Position numbers and translations under genes: made by a program. From a virus (taxonomy: Duplodnaviria > Caudoviricetes): a DNA stretch of 52,549 bases. Shown piece by piece: positions 8,509-17,081 of the stretch. Position 1 is the first letter of the stretch. Each line of letters begins with the position of its first letter. A model generated the notes under the pieces. The model saw only the letters and a program-made list of their open reading frames with translations. It was not told the DNA's origin and did not search any database. The stretch lies in IMG/VR virus record IMGVR_UViG_3300033153_009271, positions 1 through 52,549 of that record; one strand, written 5' to 3'.

Positions 8509-8874
8509 ATGTATAACCTAATAATTCCATCAATGGCATTATTCACAGCAGTCAGCTTCGGCTCCGAAGATATCTGGGATGCGCAGAACTGGACTGCGGT
8601 CGAACAAGAAGCACAGGCAATTATGGAGCAGGTTCCCTACACGTTTCCGTATCACTACAATACGATCTTCGCACATTCTCACCATCACTTCTCCGGACTT
8701 AATAGTATTGAGGTAGGAGATCTTGTGATCTACAACCGTTCACGTTTTCGGGTAAAGTATTTCAGGTTCGTCAAAGAATGGGAGACTGATATTCTGAAAC
8801 AGAATCCTGACGGGGTTACCTTAATTACATGCACGAACAACCCCCATGTGCGTTTAGCTGTTATTGCGAAATGA
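8509..8874 (+). CDS. Minimal sortase-family protein
   Basis: N-terminal hydrophobic stretch; FAH (His), F..L..IEVGD.V, TLITC (Cys), downstream RLAVIAK (Arg). Confidence 0.72.
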   Translation: MYNLIIPSMALFTAVSFGSEDIWDAQNWTAVEQEAQAIMEQVPYTFPYHYNTIFAHSHHHFSGLNSIEVGDLVIYNRSRFRVKYFRFVKEWETDILKQNPDGVTLITCTNNPHVRLAVIAK

Positions 8875-9491
8875 AACCACTCTTCATCACCGGCTGTCAC
8901 TGTAGCGGGACTACGTTCATGCAGAAGATGTTAGATCACTGGCGTAAAGAGCGCGATATATCTATAACAAATGAGCATGGTTACATTGGTATATGGGAAG
9001 CAGTAACGCGTAGTATTAAGGCAATAGATGATTCTTCTGATAAATTTGCTATCACGTCAATACCTACACATCATGTCGGGGAGACAAGACGATATATGAA
9101 CGTGGGGTTACGTGCTGCATATAAGCGCTTTCATCAAGATCGTAAGCCTGGTTGTAAGTACTATGGTGAGAAGAAGCCGAACATCTTATTGATGATTAAT
9201 TGGGTACGCAGACAATTCCCAGAAGCGAAGTTTATCATCATGGAACGTAATCCAGATGCGATAATGGAGTCATTGAAGACTCGTGACCTGCCGGAGTTCA
9301 CTGATGAAACACTGGAGTCCACAATGAAGGTATACCTTGATATCATTAAAAATCAGAAGGGTAAGGAAGACTGCCTGTTCGTTGATCTACATAGAATCCA
9401 AGGAGGAGAAAAGTTTGCTGTATTCAAGGAAGTTGCTAACTTCTTAGAAGTACCATTTGATTTTGACCTTTCCAAAGTACGGAACCAATGA
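8871..9491 (+). CDS. PAPS-dependent sulfotransferase family protein
   Basis: PLFITGCHCSGTT (5'-PSB loop), GEKKP, FPEAKFIIMERNP..IMES (3'-PB). Confidence 0.82.
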   Translation: MKPLFITGCHCSGTTFMQKMLDHWRKERDISITNEHGYIGIWEAVTRSIKAIDDSSDKFAITSIPTHHVGETRRYMNVGLRAAYKRFHQDRKPGCKYYGEKKPNILLMINWVRRQFPEAKFIIMERNPDAIMESLKTRDLPEFTDETLESTMKVYLDIIKNQKGKEDCLFVDLHRIQGGEKFAVFKEVANFLEVPFDFDLSKVRNQ

Positions 9492-9955
9492 TTAAACGTT
9501 ATGAACAATTCATGCTGGCGAGTAATACTATTGAGGGAGAACCCCGCACGTATCCTGCAGATGTTCCTGCCGTTGAACATGTTGTTGATGGCTGTAATGA
9601 TGCGCGTGACCCTACACAAGAGGACTTGTTGATACTACATGCTATGTTGAGTAAAGATCGTACGCTTATATACAAGGGTGAATGGAGGAAGTGCAATGTA
9701 ACCGTAGGGAATCAAATATGCCCGCCGTGGAGGGAAGTACCGGCACTTATGGATAAATACTTTGAATTTTGGCATTCTTATGGCGCGTGGAAGGCTCACA
9801 ATGATTTTGAGAAGATCCACCCCTTCGAAGACTTAAACGGCCGTGTGGGGCGGTTACTGTGGCTTTGGAAGATGATCAGAGAATACGGTGAGAGTACTGC
9901 ATTCCAATTACCATTTCTCCATAGGTATTATTATCAGACCCTTACCCATATGTGA
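9488..9955 (+). CDS. Fic-domain protein with N-terminal inhibitory motif
   Basis: HPFEDLNGRVGR; SNTIEG matches (S/T)xxxE(G/N). Confidence 0.88.
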   Translation: MIKRYEQFMLASNTIEGEPRTYPADVPAVEHVVDGCNDARDPTQEDLLILHAMLSKDRTLIYKGEWRKCNVTVGNQICPPWREVPALMDKYFEFWHSYGAWKAHNDFEKIHPFEDLNGRVGRLLWLWKMIREYGESTAFQLPFLHRYYYQTLTHM

Positions 9956-9970
9956 TTAATCTCCTCCCCC

Positions 9971-10453
9971 ATGACTAAGAACACCCTCTACCCCCTCAAG
10001 CCAAACTACACAGGCAAGAAGTCAAGCTGGAGCGGCTTTCCCTGGCATCAAGAACCCATTGCGTATGTGGAGGATATTCCCTATAGGGCAGAGGAGATAG
10101 TGCGGGAGAAGCCTGAGTCTGAACTTCCCGTAAGAGCCGAGCATTTCGTGGTAATCCCCGATGAACTTGTACCAAAATATTTGAAGAAGGCGGAGGAGGT
10201 AGAAAAGAGGGCATGGAAGGCACGGGAGAAGGCACGGGAGAAGACACGGAAGGCACGGGAGATATGGGAGAAGGCGCGGGAGAAGGCGCGGGAGGAATGG
10301 GAGAAGACACGGAAGGCACAGAAGGAGGCGCGGGAGGAATGGGAGAAGGTGAGAAAGAAAGCCTCCCGCAACCCCCGTATCATCAAATACCTCAAAGAAC
10401 ACACCCCCTACCAGTGGGACGGTAAAACTCTTATTTTCCCCCCAAGCCCGTGA
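9971..10453 (+). CDS. Hypothetical protein with AREK/WEK coiled-coil repeats
   Basis: 160-aa ORF with a C-rich leader and an internal repeat tract. Confidence 0.75.
   Translation: MTKNTLYPLKPNYTGKKSSWSGFPWHQEPIAYVEDIPYRAEEIVREKPESELPVRAEHFVVIPDELVPKYLKKAEEVEKRAWKAREKAREKTRKAREIWEKAREKAREEWEKTRKAQKEAREEWEKVRKKASRNPRIIKYLKEHTPYQWDGKTLIFPPSP
10215..10350 (+). repeat. Imperfect coding tandem repeat (GAAGGCACGGGA-like units)
   Basis: Repeated gaaggcacggga/gaaggcgcggga/gaagacacgg units. Confidence 0.85.
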
Positions 10454-10878
10454 TTAAAGACTCTATAGAAAAAACCTACTGGGAGCGTGTTGGCAAACTG
10501 CAACTAGACCTTGTTATGCAATACTATTGCAGGAAGCGTCTATGGTGGCAGTTTTGGAAGCCCAAATATTCCCCTCTTTCCCCTCCTACACCATCGGCAG
10601 AAGAGATAGAAAAATTCTGTGCTGTTAAAGGATGTAGGAAGCCATCAATCGTAAAAGGAATGTGCTGTATGCACTACACAAGATTAAGAAGAGGTGGGAG
10701 TGTTGGAGAGCCACAAGAGAGGGTGCATCACAATAAAAGAGCATTCCCAAAGTGCGAACATTTACCCAAAGCCTACAATAGCAAATGTTGTCTTCGATGC
10801 TATAACAAACATGCAAAACGAGCGGAAAGGAAACGCAAAATAACTGTTCTACATCATACTCACCACACAGATGTCTGA
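10450..10878 (+). CDS. Protein with CxxxxC..CxxHY zinc-binding module (homing-endonuclease-associated; no nuclease motif seen)
   Basis: CAVKGCRKPSIVKGMCCMHYTRLRRGG resembles the N-termini of ORFs 22361 and 34704. Confidence 0.6.
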   Translation: MIKDSIEKTYWERVGKLQLDLVMQYYCRKRLWWQFWKPKYSPLSPPTPSAEEIEKFCAVKGCRKPSIVKGMCCMHYTRLRRGGSVGEPQERVHHNKRAFPKCEHLPKAYNSKCCLRCYNKHAKRAERKRKITVLHHTHHTDV

Positions 10879-11143
10879 TACTGAAATAATTGAGAAATTA
10901 GCGGAATTCATAGGGTGGGAAGATGGTACACAGGGGGCATACTGGAATCCTATGGAAGATTGGAATGATTTTCGCATGGTGGAGGAGAGGATGATGGAAG
11001 ATGAGGAATTGTGGGAGGAGTATTGGAGAATACTAAACCATGAAGATATTAGTGATCTTACCAATGGTTATGGTGCTAAAGCTGACCTTCCCACGCGCTG
11101 CAAAGCTCTTGTTTCGATTCTCGATTCCCAATCAACCCCATGA
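10871..11143 (+). CDS. Hypothetical protein
   Basis: Coupled ORF; LAEFIGW..WNP..DWND pattern. Confidence 0.7.
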   Translation: MSDTEIIEKLAEFIGWEDGTQGAYWNPMEDWNDFRMVEERMMEDEELWEEYWRILNHEDISDLTNGYGAKADLPTRCKALVSILDSQSTP

Positions 11144-11403
11144 CAACTAAGAAAACAGCACAGGCAAAGGTGTTTCATCTTATAAGGGATGAAGATGAAA
11201 CTGGTATTAGTGGGACTGGAATCGTGGCTGATGGGTGTGTTTTTCCATGTGGTACATGCGTACTTCGATGGAGGCAGGACACTAACGTAAAAGCGCAGTC
11301 TACTGGTGTATATGAATCGGTAGAGCATGTCGAACTTATACATGGACACAATGGGAAGACTAGAATGGTATTCCCTTCATCCCCATCTCATGACAACTCC
11401 TAA
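11140..11403 (+). CDS. Hypothetical phage protein
   Basis: FHLIRDEDETGISGTGIVADG..LRW..IHGHNG motif, familiar from phage proteins. Confidence 0.8.
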   Translation: MTTKKTAQAKVFHLIRDEDETGISGTGIVADGCVFPCGTCVLRWRQDTNVKAQSTGVYESVEHVELIHGHNGKTRMVFPSSPSHDNS

Positions 11404-12016
11404 CTCCATCACCATTACAGAAGACAAAGAAAAGATAGTTTTGGACTTGTGCGGCGGTACAGGGTCATGGAGCGAACCATACAAAAATGCCGGATATGAT
11501 GTGCGACTCATCACGTTACCAATGTATGATGTTACCACTTATGTGCCACCAGACGGGGTTTATGGGATTCTCGCCGCTCCTCCTTGTACACATTTCTCTC
11601 TGGCCAGAACAACTGCAAAAATACCGAGGAATTTTAAGGAGGGACTTGTGCTTGTTGATGCGTGTCTTCATATCATCCGCCAGTGCAGGTTGGGAGAATC
11701 GTTAAAATTTTGGGCGCTTGAAAATCCTGTTGGATATTTACGACAATTTCTTGGAAAACCACCTCTCACATGGCAGCCGTGTGATTATGGCGACCCATAC
11801 ACAAAAAAAACCGATTTGTGGGGATATTACAAAGAGCCGAGGAAAACCCCAGTTACCATGACACAAGAGCAAATCGCCGCTTGTTCGATCAATAACAGAG
11901 AGCTACCTAAGCTCCCCGAATGGTACAAAGAAATTTGTCCCGAGAAGTTGCAAGCAGCCAGAAGGGCAATGACCCCACAAGGATTTGCCAAAGCCTTTTT
12001 TAAAGCTAACCCCTAA
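11390..12016 (+). CDS. DNA cytosine-C5 methyltransferase-like protein
   Basis: VLDLCGGTGSWS (motif I), AAPPCTHFS (motif IV), ALENPVG (motif VI). Confidence 0.85.
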   Translation: MTTPNSITITEDKEKIVLDLCGGTGSWSEPYKNAGYDVRLITLPMYDVTTYVPPDGVYGILAAPPCTHFSLARTTAKIPRNFKEGLVLVDACLHIIRQCRLGESLKFWALENPVGYLRQFLGKPPLTWQPCDYGDPYTKKTDLWGYYKEPRKTPVTMTQEQIAACSINNRELPKLPEWYKEICPEKLQAARRAMTPQGFAKAFFKANP

Positions 12017-12019
12017 TTT

Positions 12020-12274
12020 ATGAATATTCCCAACTCCATCACTATTACAGAAGAGCAAGACCTCTCGCAGATCCCCCTTGCTGACGTAACCGTTCTCGAC
12101 TTCTCAGAAGTCAGATGGATTACTTCCGTTAGGATGGGAGAATTTATCGCTCTCTTCAATCGAGCGAAAGATAAGGTGATCCGCATTGAAAATATGAGCG
12201 AAGAAGTCCGTGCGCTCTTTACGCAACTGGGGATAATTGAAGTTTATAAGCATACTGTTCCTTTACCCCAATGA
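12020..12274 (+). CDS. STAS-domain (anti-sigma-factor antagonist-like) protein
   Basis: VLDFSEVRWITSVRMGEFI..IRIENMSEEVRALFTQLGI fits the SpoIIAA/RsbV pattern. Confidence 0.7.
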   Translation: MNIPNSITITEEQDLSQIPLADVTVLDFSEVRWITSVRMGEFIALFNRAKDKVIRIENMSEEVRALFTQLGIIEVYKHTVPLPQ

Positions 12275-12456
12275 AAGAACTCCTCTCCACCATCCTTGAC
12301 GGCATAGCAATAGAGCGCGAGGGTGCTCCCGAGCACTGCTGGCCTTCACTGGCAGAACGATGGCGGTACGACATTGCTTGTTGCCTTCAAGACGATTCAC
12401 TCACCCAGGAAGAGGCCGAGGAAGCGGAGAGAGCTTTAGATTCTAATCCGTCCTAA
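12271..12456 (+). CDS. Hypothetical protein
   Basis: ATGA-coupled 61-aa ORF. Confidence 0.6.
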   Translation: MKELLSTILDGIAIEREGAPEHCWPSLAERWRYDIACCLQDDSLTQEEAEEAERALDSNPS

Positions 12457-12632
12457 CCCACACAGTATTCAATGCGACTGTGCTCAATGAGAAGTTTATA
12501 CAAACGTTCCCGCGCTTGCGCATCTACAACATTACGGATCTCATCATGAATTACTTGATCTATCCACCATCCAGCCTCTACCGGAGCATAATGCAATATC
12601 ATATTACTGATATCTTCCTCGCTGGTATCCAT
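12453..12632 (-). CDS. Small hypothetical protein (59 aa) with its own promoter, opposite to its neighbours
   Basis: MDTSEEDISNMILHYAPVEAGWWIDQVIHDEIRNVVDAQARERLYKLLIEHSRIEYCVG; TATAAT 10 nt upstream. Confidence 0.6.
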   Translation of the reverse strand: MDTSEEDISNMILHYAPVEAGWWIDQVIHDEIRNVVDAQARERLYKLLIEHSRIEYCVG

Positions 12633-12715
12633 ATGGCTGCTTATTATACAGTATCACTACCGATAAGCATGGAGCGGACTGATATCGAACTGCTCAGTAT
12701 TTAACACCACTACCT

Positions 12716-13042
12716 ATGCCTAAATTATTTGCCTACGGAACGTTACAAAGTCCACGACTACAAAAAATATTCTTTGGAAAGACAATCAAAGGGCAGTCCG
12801 CTCGCTTGCACGGTGTGAAACATGTAGGTGGGGACTATGACAAGGGAGAGATTCCTATGATCGCCACTACCTCAGTCAAAGGCAGTTATGTGGACGGTAA
12901 GGTGTATGAGGTTCCGAAGGACGTAGTACCGCGTTTAGACTCGTATGAAGGTAACGGGTATCGGCGTGTGAGCATGGCAGCTAGTTATGTGGATGGGACT
13001 CCTATGGACACGGTGTACGTCTATGTACGCAATGATTTTTGA
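12716..13042 (+). CDS. Gamma-glutamylcyclotransferase (AIG2-like)
   Basis: LFAYGTL..VDGKVYEV..LDSYEG..YRR..VYVY. Confidence 0.9.
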   Translation: MPKLFAYGTLQSPRLQKIFFGKTIKGQSARLHGVKHVGGDYDKGEIPMIATTSVKGSYVDGKVYEVPKDVVPRLDSYEGNGYRRVSMAASYVDGTPMDTVYVYVRNDF

Positions 13043-13099
13043 CGCGCCACTATCTAAGAACAGTGCCACTATGAATTAGTGATGCGCCACTACCGATGC

Positions 13100-13125
13100 A
13101 AAAAAACCTGAGAATAGGTTTTTTT
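13100..13125. terminator. Possible bidirectional intrinsic terminator
   Basis: AAAAAAACCT-GAGAAT-AGGTTTTTTT. Confidence 0.55.
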
Positions 13126-13163
13126 ATTATGACATGATTCTCTTTCTTCGCTTCCTTAATGAT

Positions 13164-13192
13164 TTGTAATTTTCCTTAATCAAGAGTATAAA
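13164..13192 (+). promoter_or_regulatory. Putative promoter of the amidoligase operon
   Basis: TTGTAA-17-TATAAA; TTCCTTAAT direct repeat at 13152 and 13172. Confidence 0.5.
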
Positions 13193-13228
13193 GGGGGTGA
13201 ACTTTTATTTCCACTTCTACCATTATAT

Positions 13229-13399
13229 ATGATCCGTGTATCTGAACCACTATTCAATGTGAGGAGGAGGTATGGTGTGTTATTTGGTGATCATCCGGCA
13301 GAGGACGCACTAGAAGAAATGCTAGAATCTTCCTATTATACAGGAATTAGATACAAGAATCAAGATTTTACCCTTCCCTCTTACTTCTCTCATGTCTAA
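13229..13399 (+). CDS. Small hypothetical protein (56 aa)
   Basis: MIRVSEPLFNVRRRYGVLFGDH..; C/T-rich leader; overlaps the next start. Confidence 0.45.
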   Translation: MIRVSEPLFNVRRRYGVLFGDHPAEDALEEMLESSYYTGIRYKNQDFTLPSYFSHV

Positions 13400-15437
13400 T
13401 TGTTACTATAACTACCATATAGACAGTGGAACCATTGAGGATGCAAAGCGTAAATGTGTCTATATAAAATATCATATTAGTGGTATAAGAGAGGAGGGGA
13501 AGACGTACAGAATTGATAATGTGTATATACATTTTCCTGTGATTGATGGGGTGCAGATTGAACCGGTTAAACTGCCTTCTTTCTATGCAGAAAATATATA
13601 CTGGGGTGAGACGCAAAGGTATCAAGTAGGGGTATGTTCTGATGTAAAAACACGCGGGGTGATTGAGCGAGATGTTTACGTGATCCCGTCAAGCCCGGAT
13701 GGAGTCAATTATATATTTAATGCAATTTTTCGATCGTACCGATGGCGTGAGGCTGATATTAGGTATGGTGAGAAGGTAAGATATGGTCAAAAGCGTCCAA
13801 TATTGAGTCAAGATTTGTGCCCGTATCTGCACATTCCTACAGATACCAAGCTCAAGTGTTACTACTCGGGAGAGGAGATGAGTGCTCCGCACTCTCTTGC
13901 CACTAAGATGGGAGCACCTAGACGTTGCGCACCTTATAGAATGCAGCAGATACTTACGCCGAAAGGAAAGCAATATGCAATATGGGAGAGAGAAATACGG
14001 AAGAATTGTTATTTTTGCGAGTCGCTAGGTGTGTATGTAGATAAGGAGTGCGTAGCGCACAAACAGGGGAAGAAGCATCCGAAGTGTTTAGGCTATTGTC
14101 TCTCAAAGAGAGCTGTAGCTAAACTGGGGATTGCGATATGTGGACGTTGCGGAAAAAACGCAATTACAAAGGAAAGGAAGCATAAGGTGAAAAAACAATA
14201 TCTGTGTGACGATTGCAGAAGAAAGATGAGTATGTGGGATAGTCGGGGCATTAGTTATACACCTATTGTTAAAAAGAATGGTGTGCGGACGTATGGTATA
14301 GAATTTGAGTTCAATGACATTGTTGCGCGTGGAGAAATGAAGAAAGATATAGTCGCATTGAACATTGATGGTGTGAAGTTTGGGGTTTGGGGGGATGGCA
14401 GCGTACACAATGGGTACGAGGTTGTATCACAGCCTAGTGATAGGAGAACGATTACAAAGGCAACGCGTGCCCTTTGTGCTGTAGTGAACGGATACCCCCA
14501 TACCTACAACGCCAGTGGGATTCACGTACACGTACAGGATAAGAATATAGCAGCAGAACAAGTGTTTAAGGTGTGGCTTATATTGGAGAAATTTGCTTAC
14601 TCCATGCTACCAAGGGAGAGGAGAGACGAAACTCATGTTCGTTTATTCTGTGAAGAGAGTTTTAGGAAAATACTAGACGTGACGAAAAACCTAACCGAAG
14701 CATTGAAGTATCAGAGACACATAGACGATAAGTACACTTCCATGAACCTAACCCCTATGATGCAAGGGGAAGCGAGGATTAACTGGGATAGTTTCTGGTG
14801 CAATAGGTGTGGAACAGGTGAGCCCGAAGAGTGCCAGTGTGGGTACGTTGCAGAATATGAGGAGGAAAACACCCGTCCGAATACAGGTGGAACAGTAGAA
14901 GTAAGAGCGCACCATGCGACTGCAGACGCGAGAGCGATAGTACACTGGCTCAAGTTCATTGATGCTATCTGGGATCTTGCAAAGACCGCTACAGACAGGG
15001 ACTGCAAGAAGTTGTACACGTTTTGTAAAAAGCCCATTGGACATTCTGACAAGATATGTAAGATGCTGAAACTTAACAAAGGGACTGTAAAATTTATTCA
15101 GGAAAAGCAAAGATTGTACTCCATGCCATATGAGGAGCGTATACCCTTATTGAATAAGTGGGAGCGTATTTACTACCATATTACGAATGAGGACGCGCAA
15201 GCGCGGGAGCTAAGCATCCAACAAGCACATGATGAGGCGGCTGCAATAAACGAAGAATCTTCTATGGAGATTGATGATGAAGACCCTACTCCAAGTAGAC
15301 TCAGAGTTGGAAACCAGGAGTCTGCATTCAGGTTTACGGAAGCTAATGGGTATATCTTGACGGTGGAAGAAACTAGAGAATGGAACAACCCCGTGGCGGA
15401 TTTTACAGCTGAAAACCCTATACCAGAAATCTTCTAA
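13392..15437 (+). CDS. Putative amidoligase (COOH-NH2 ligase, Amidoligase_2-like) with Cys-rich N-terminal region
   Basis: YGIEFE, GDGSV, GYEVVS, SGIHVHV, KYTSMN, TVEVR motifs; several CxxC. Confidence 0.82.
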   Translation: MSNCYYNYHIDSGTIEDAKRKCVYIKYHISGIREEGKTYRIDNVYIHFPVIDGVQIEPVKLPSFYAENIYWGETQRYQVGVCSDVKTRGVIERDVYVIPSSPDGVNYIFNAIFRSYRWREADIRYGEKVRYGQKRPILSQDLCPYLHIPTDTKLKCYYSGEEMSAPHSLATKMGAPRRCAPYRMQQILTPKGKQYAIWEREIRKNCYFCESLGVYVDKECVAHKQGKKHPKCLGYCLSKRAVAKLGIAICGRCGKNAITKERKHKVKKQYLCDDCRRKMSMWDSRGISYTPIVKKNGVRTYGIEFEFNDIVARGEMKKDIVALNIDGVKFGVWGDGSVHNGYEVVSQPSDRRTITKATRALCAVVNGYPHTYNASGIHVHVQDKNIAAEQVFKVWLILEKFAYSMLPRERRDETHVRLFCEESFRKILDVTKNLTEALKYQRHIDDKYTSMNLTPMMQGEARINWDSFWCNRCGTGEPEECQCGYVAEYEEENTRPNTGGTVEVRAHHATADARAIVHWLKFIDAIWDLAKTATDRDCKKLYTFCKKPIGHSDKICKMLKLNKGTVKFIQEKQRLYSMPYEERIPLLNKWERIYYHITNEDAQARELSIQQAHDEAAAINEESSMEIDDEDPTPSRLRVGNQESAFRFTEANGYILTVEETREWNNPVADFTAENPIPEIF

Positions 15438-15458
15438 TCCTTTTCTCCATTTTACAAT

Positions 15459-16733
15459 ATGTGTGGTTTAGTCACTTTATACAATCGGAAGCAGAACGTT
15501 GACCCCAGTTCATTGGTTCAGCTATATAATAACCAACGGTTACGTGGGGTTGAGGGTTTTGGATTTTCCTATCTAACGAGAGGAGGGCTAGTGAAGACAC
15601 GCAGATTTAAAACAGAAGCGGAGTGTTTTTATGCAGTATCACGGCTTCGTACTCAGTTGATACAATTCCATCACCGGACACCCACAAGCACAGAAAACGT
15701 GGAATTTCAGAATCACCCGATTTGCGATAGTAAATACCATCAGAGGACGTATGCACTAACGCATAACGGTATTATATGGAATAATGATATACTCAAGAAG
15801 GAGCATTATAAGGACGGTATCAAGTACACCACCAAGGACGGGAAAGGTAAGTACAACGATAGTGAGACGCTATTGCATGAACTCGCACGGTATATTGAGG
15901 ATGGAAAAACTGTAAACTGTAACGGTAGTATTGCCTTTGTGCTCCTAGAGATTGATACTGAAACACATAAACTCATAAATGTACATTACGGAAGGAACAA
16001 TCAGAACCCTTTGCATAGCTGGACATACGGGGATGATGTTGTAATAAGTAGTGAGTGTGGGTACAAGATCGAGGACAAGAAAGGTAAAGAGATAGATACT
16101 GAGTTACCAGCACTAACGCTACATACGCTACATTGGAAGAATGGGAAGGTGGATACTGATGATATTAAGTTTCGAGCATTCCCAAGTAGCTATTCCTCTT
16201 CTGTGAACAATGGAAATTATGGATATAGTGGATATGGGTATGACAGGTACGGTGGGTACGGTGAAAAGGGATGGGATGAATGGGAGGATGACGGTAGCGG
16301 ATTTTTGACACCAAGTACAAAAAAGAGTTCTATCATAAGTAAGAATAAAAACGCAGAGGAAGTATTAAGGATATTCGAGGAAGGAGAAAGTAATGATCCA
16401 ATAGTAAAGGGAAAAGCTGCAATAGACGTTCAGAACACGGCGAAAAACTTATATGCTGATAATAAAGGGCTTACAGAATTAGTGGAGGATATGCTGAGGC
16501 AAGAAGTTTGTAATGATGTGGAGGTACACAGGTTGTTATCTGATATTGATTTACAAATAAGTCTTTTAGTAAAACTCAATACGAGGAGAGCGAGAAGAAT
16601 GAGAAAGGGAATGTACCGGTTAAGGGTTACATTGTTGAACTGGGCTGATGAAGTACCTAAGTTGGGGGAGGGAAGCAGGGCTATATTGCCGCTCGAAGAG
16701 GTAGAGGGTGAAGTTTTAGGTTTAGGGAGGTAA
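15459..16733 (+). CDS. Class II (Ntn) glutamine amidotransferase
   Basis: MCG start, RG..GFG, HHRTPT, NHP, HNGIIWN, DSE. Confidence 0.88.
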   Translation: MCGLVTLYNRKQNVDPSSLVQLYNNQRLRGVEGFGFSYLTRGGLVKTRRFKTEAECFYAVSRLRTQLIQFHHRTPTSTENVEFQNHPICDSKYHQRTYALTHNGIIWNNDILKKEHYKDGIKYTTKDGKGKYNDSETLLHELARYIEDGKTVNCNGSIAFVLLEIDTETHKLINVHYGRNNQNPLHSWTYGDDVVISSECGYKIEDKKGKEIDTELPALTLHTLHWKNGKVDTDDIKFRAFPSSYSSSVNNGNYGYSGYGYDRYGGYGEKGWDEWEDDGSGFLTPSTKKSSIISKNKNAEEVLRIFEEGESNDPIVKGKAAIDVQNTAKNLYADNKGLTELVEDMLRQEVCNDVEVHRLLSDIDLQISLLVKLNTRRARRMRKGMYRLRVTLLNWADEVPKLGEGSRAILPLEEVEGEVLGLGR

Positions 16734-16820
16734 GAACTCCCCTTTCGATCTTTCACAACACAGGAAGTCAACGTGTATACGATGCTACTCTCTCCGTAAG
16801 ATAAGTTCCCCTTTAGAACT

Positions 16821-17081
16821 ATGTTTCAACACATTCCCCCTTTAGCCATGTCTGGTTCATCCCCACTTTCACGTTTTGTTCATCATCTTTTCGGGGCTGA
16901 TGAAGATACAAAACTTATCGTCGAACACTGCATTGACAGTGAAGGCAGACTTAGAATGTACAACCCCGAAGTCCAAGCAGCACTCTTAGAGTGTGACGAC
17001 TTCCGTAACCTTCTCGTTAAGAAGCTCCATGAGCGATATGATGAGAAGGAGGAAAAGAAAAATAGAGAAGTAGGAAGCTAG
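16821..17081 (+). CDS. Hypothetical protein
   Basis: ORF with C/T-rich leader; alternative start at 16848. Confidence 0.6.
   Translation: MFQHIPPLAMSGSSPLSRFVHHLFGADEDTKLIVEHCIDSEGRLRMYNPEVQAALLECDDFRNLLVKKLHERYDEKEEKKNREVGS

Noticed and set aside
9996-10425. Overlapping ORFs in other frames
   Set aside because: Artefacts of the low-complexity repeat
12480-12704. Plus-strand 74-aa ORF
   Set aside because: GTG start without a typical leader; the minus-strand ORF has a promoter and a more protein-like sequence
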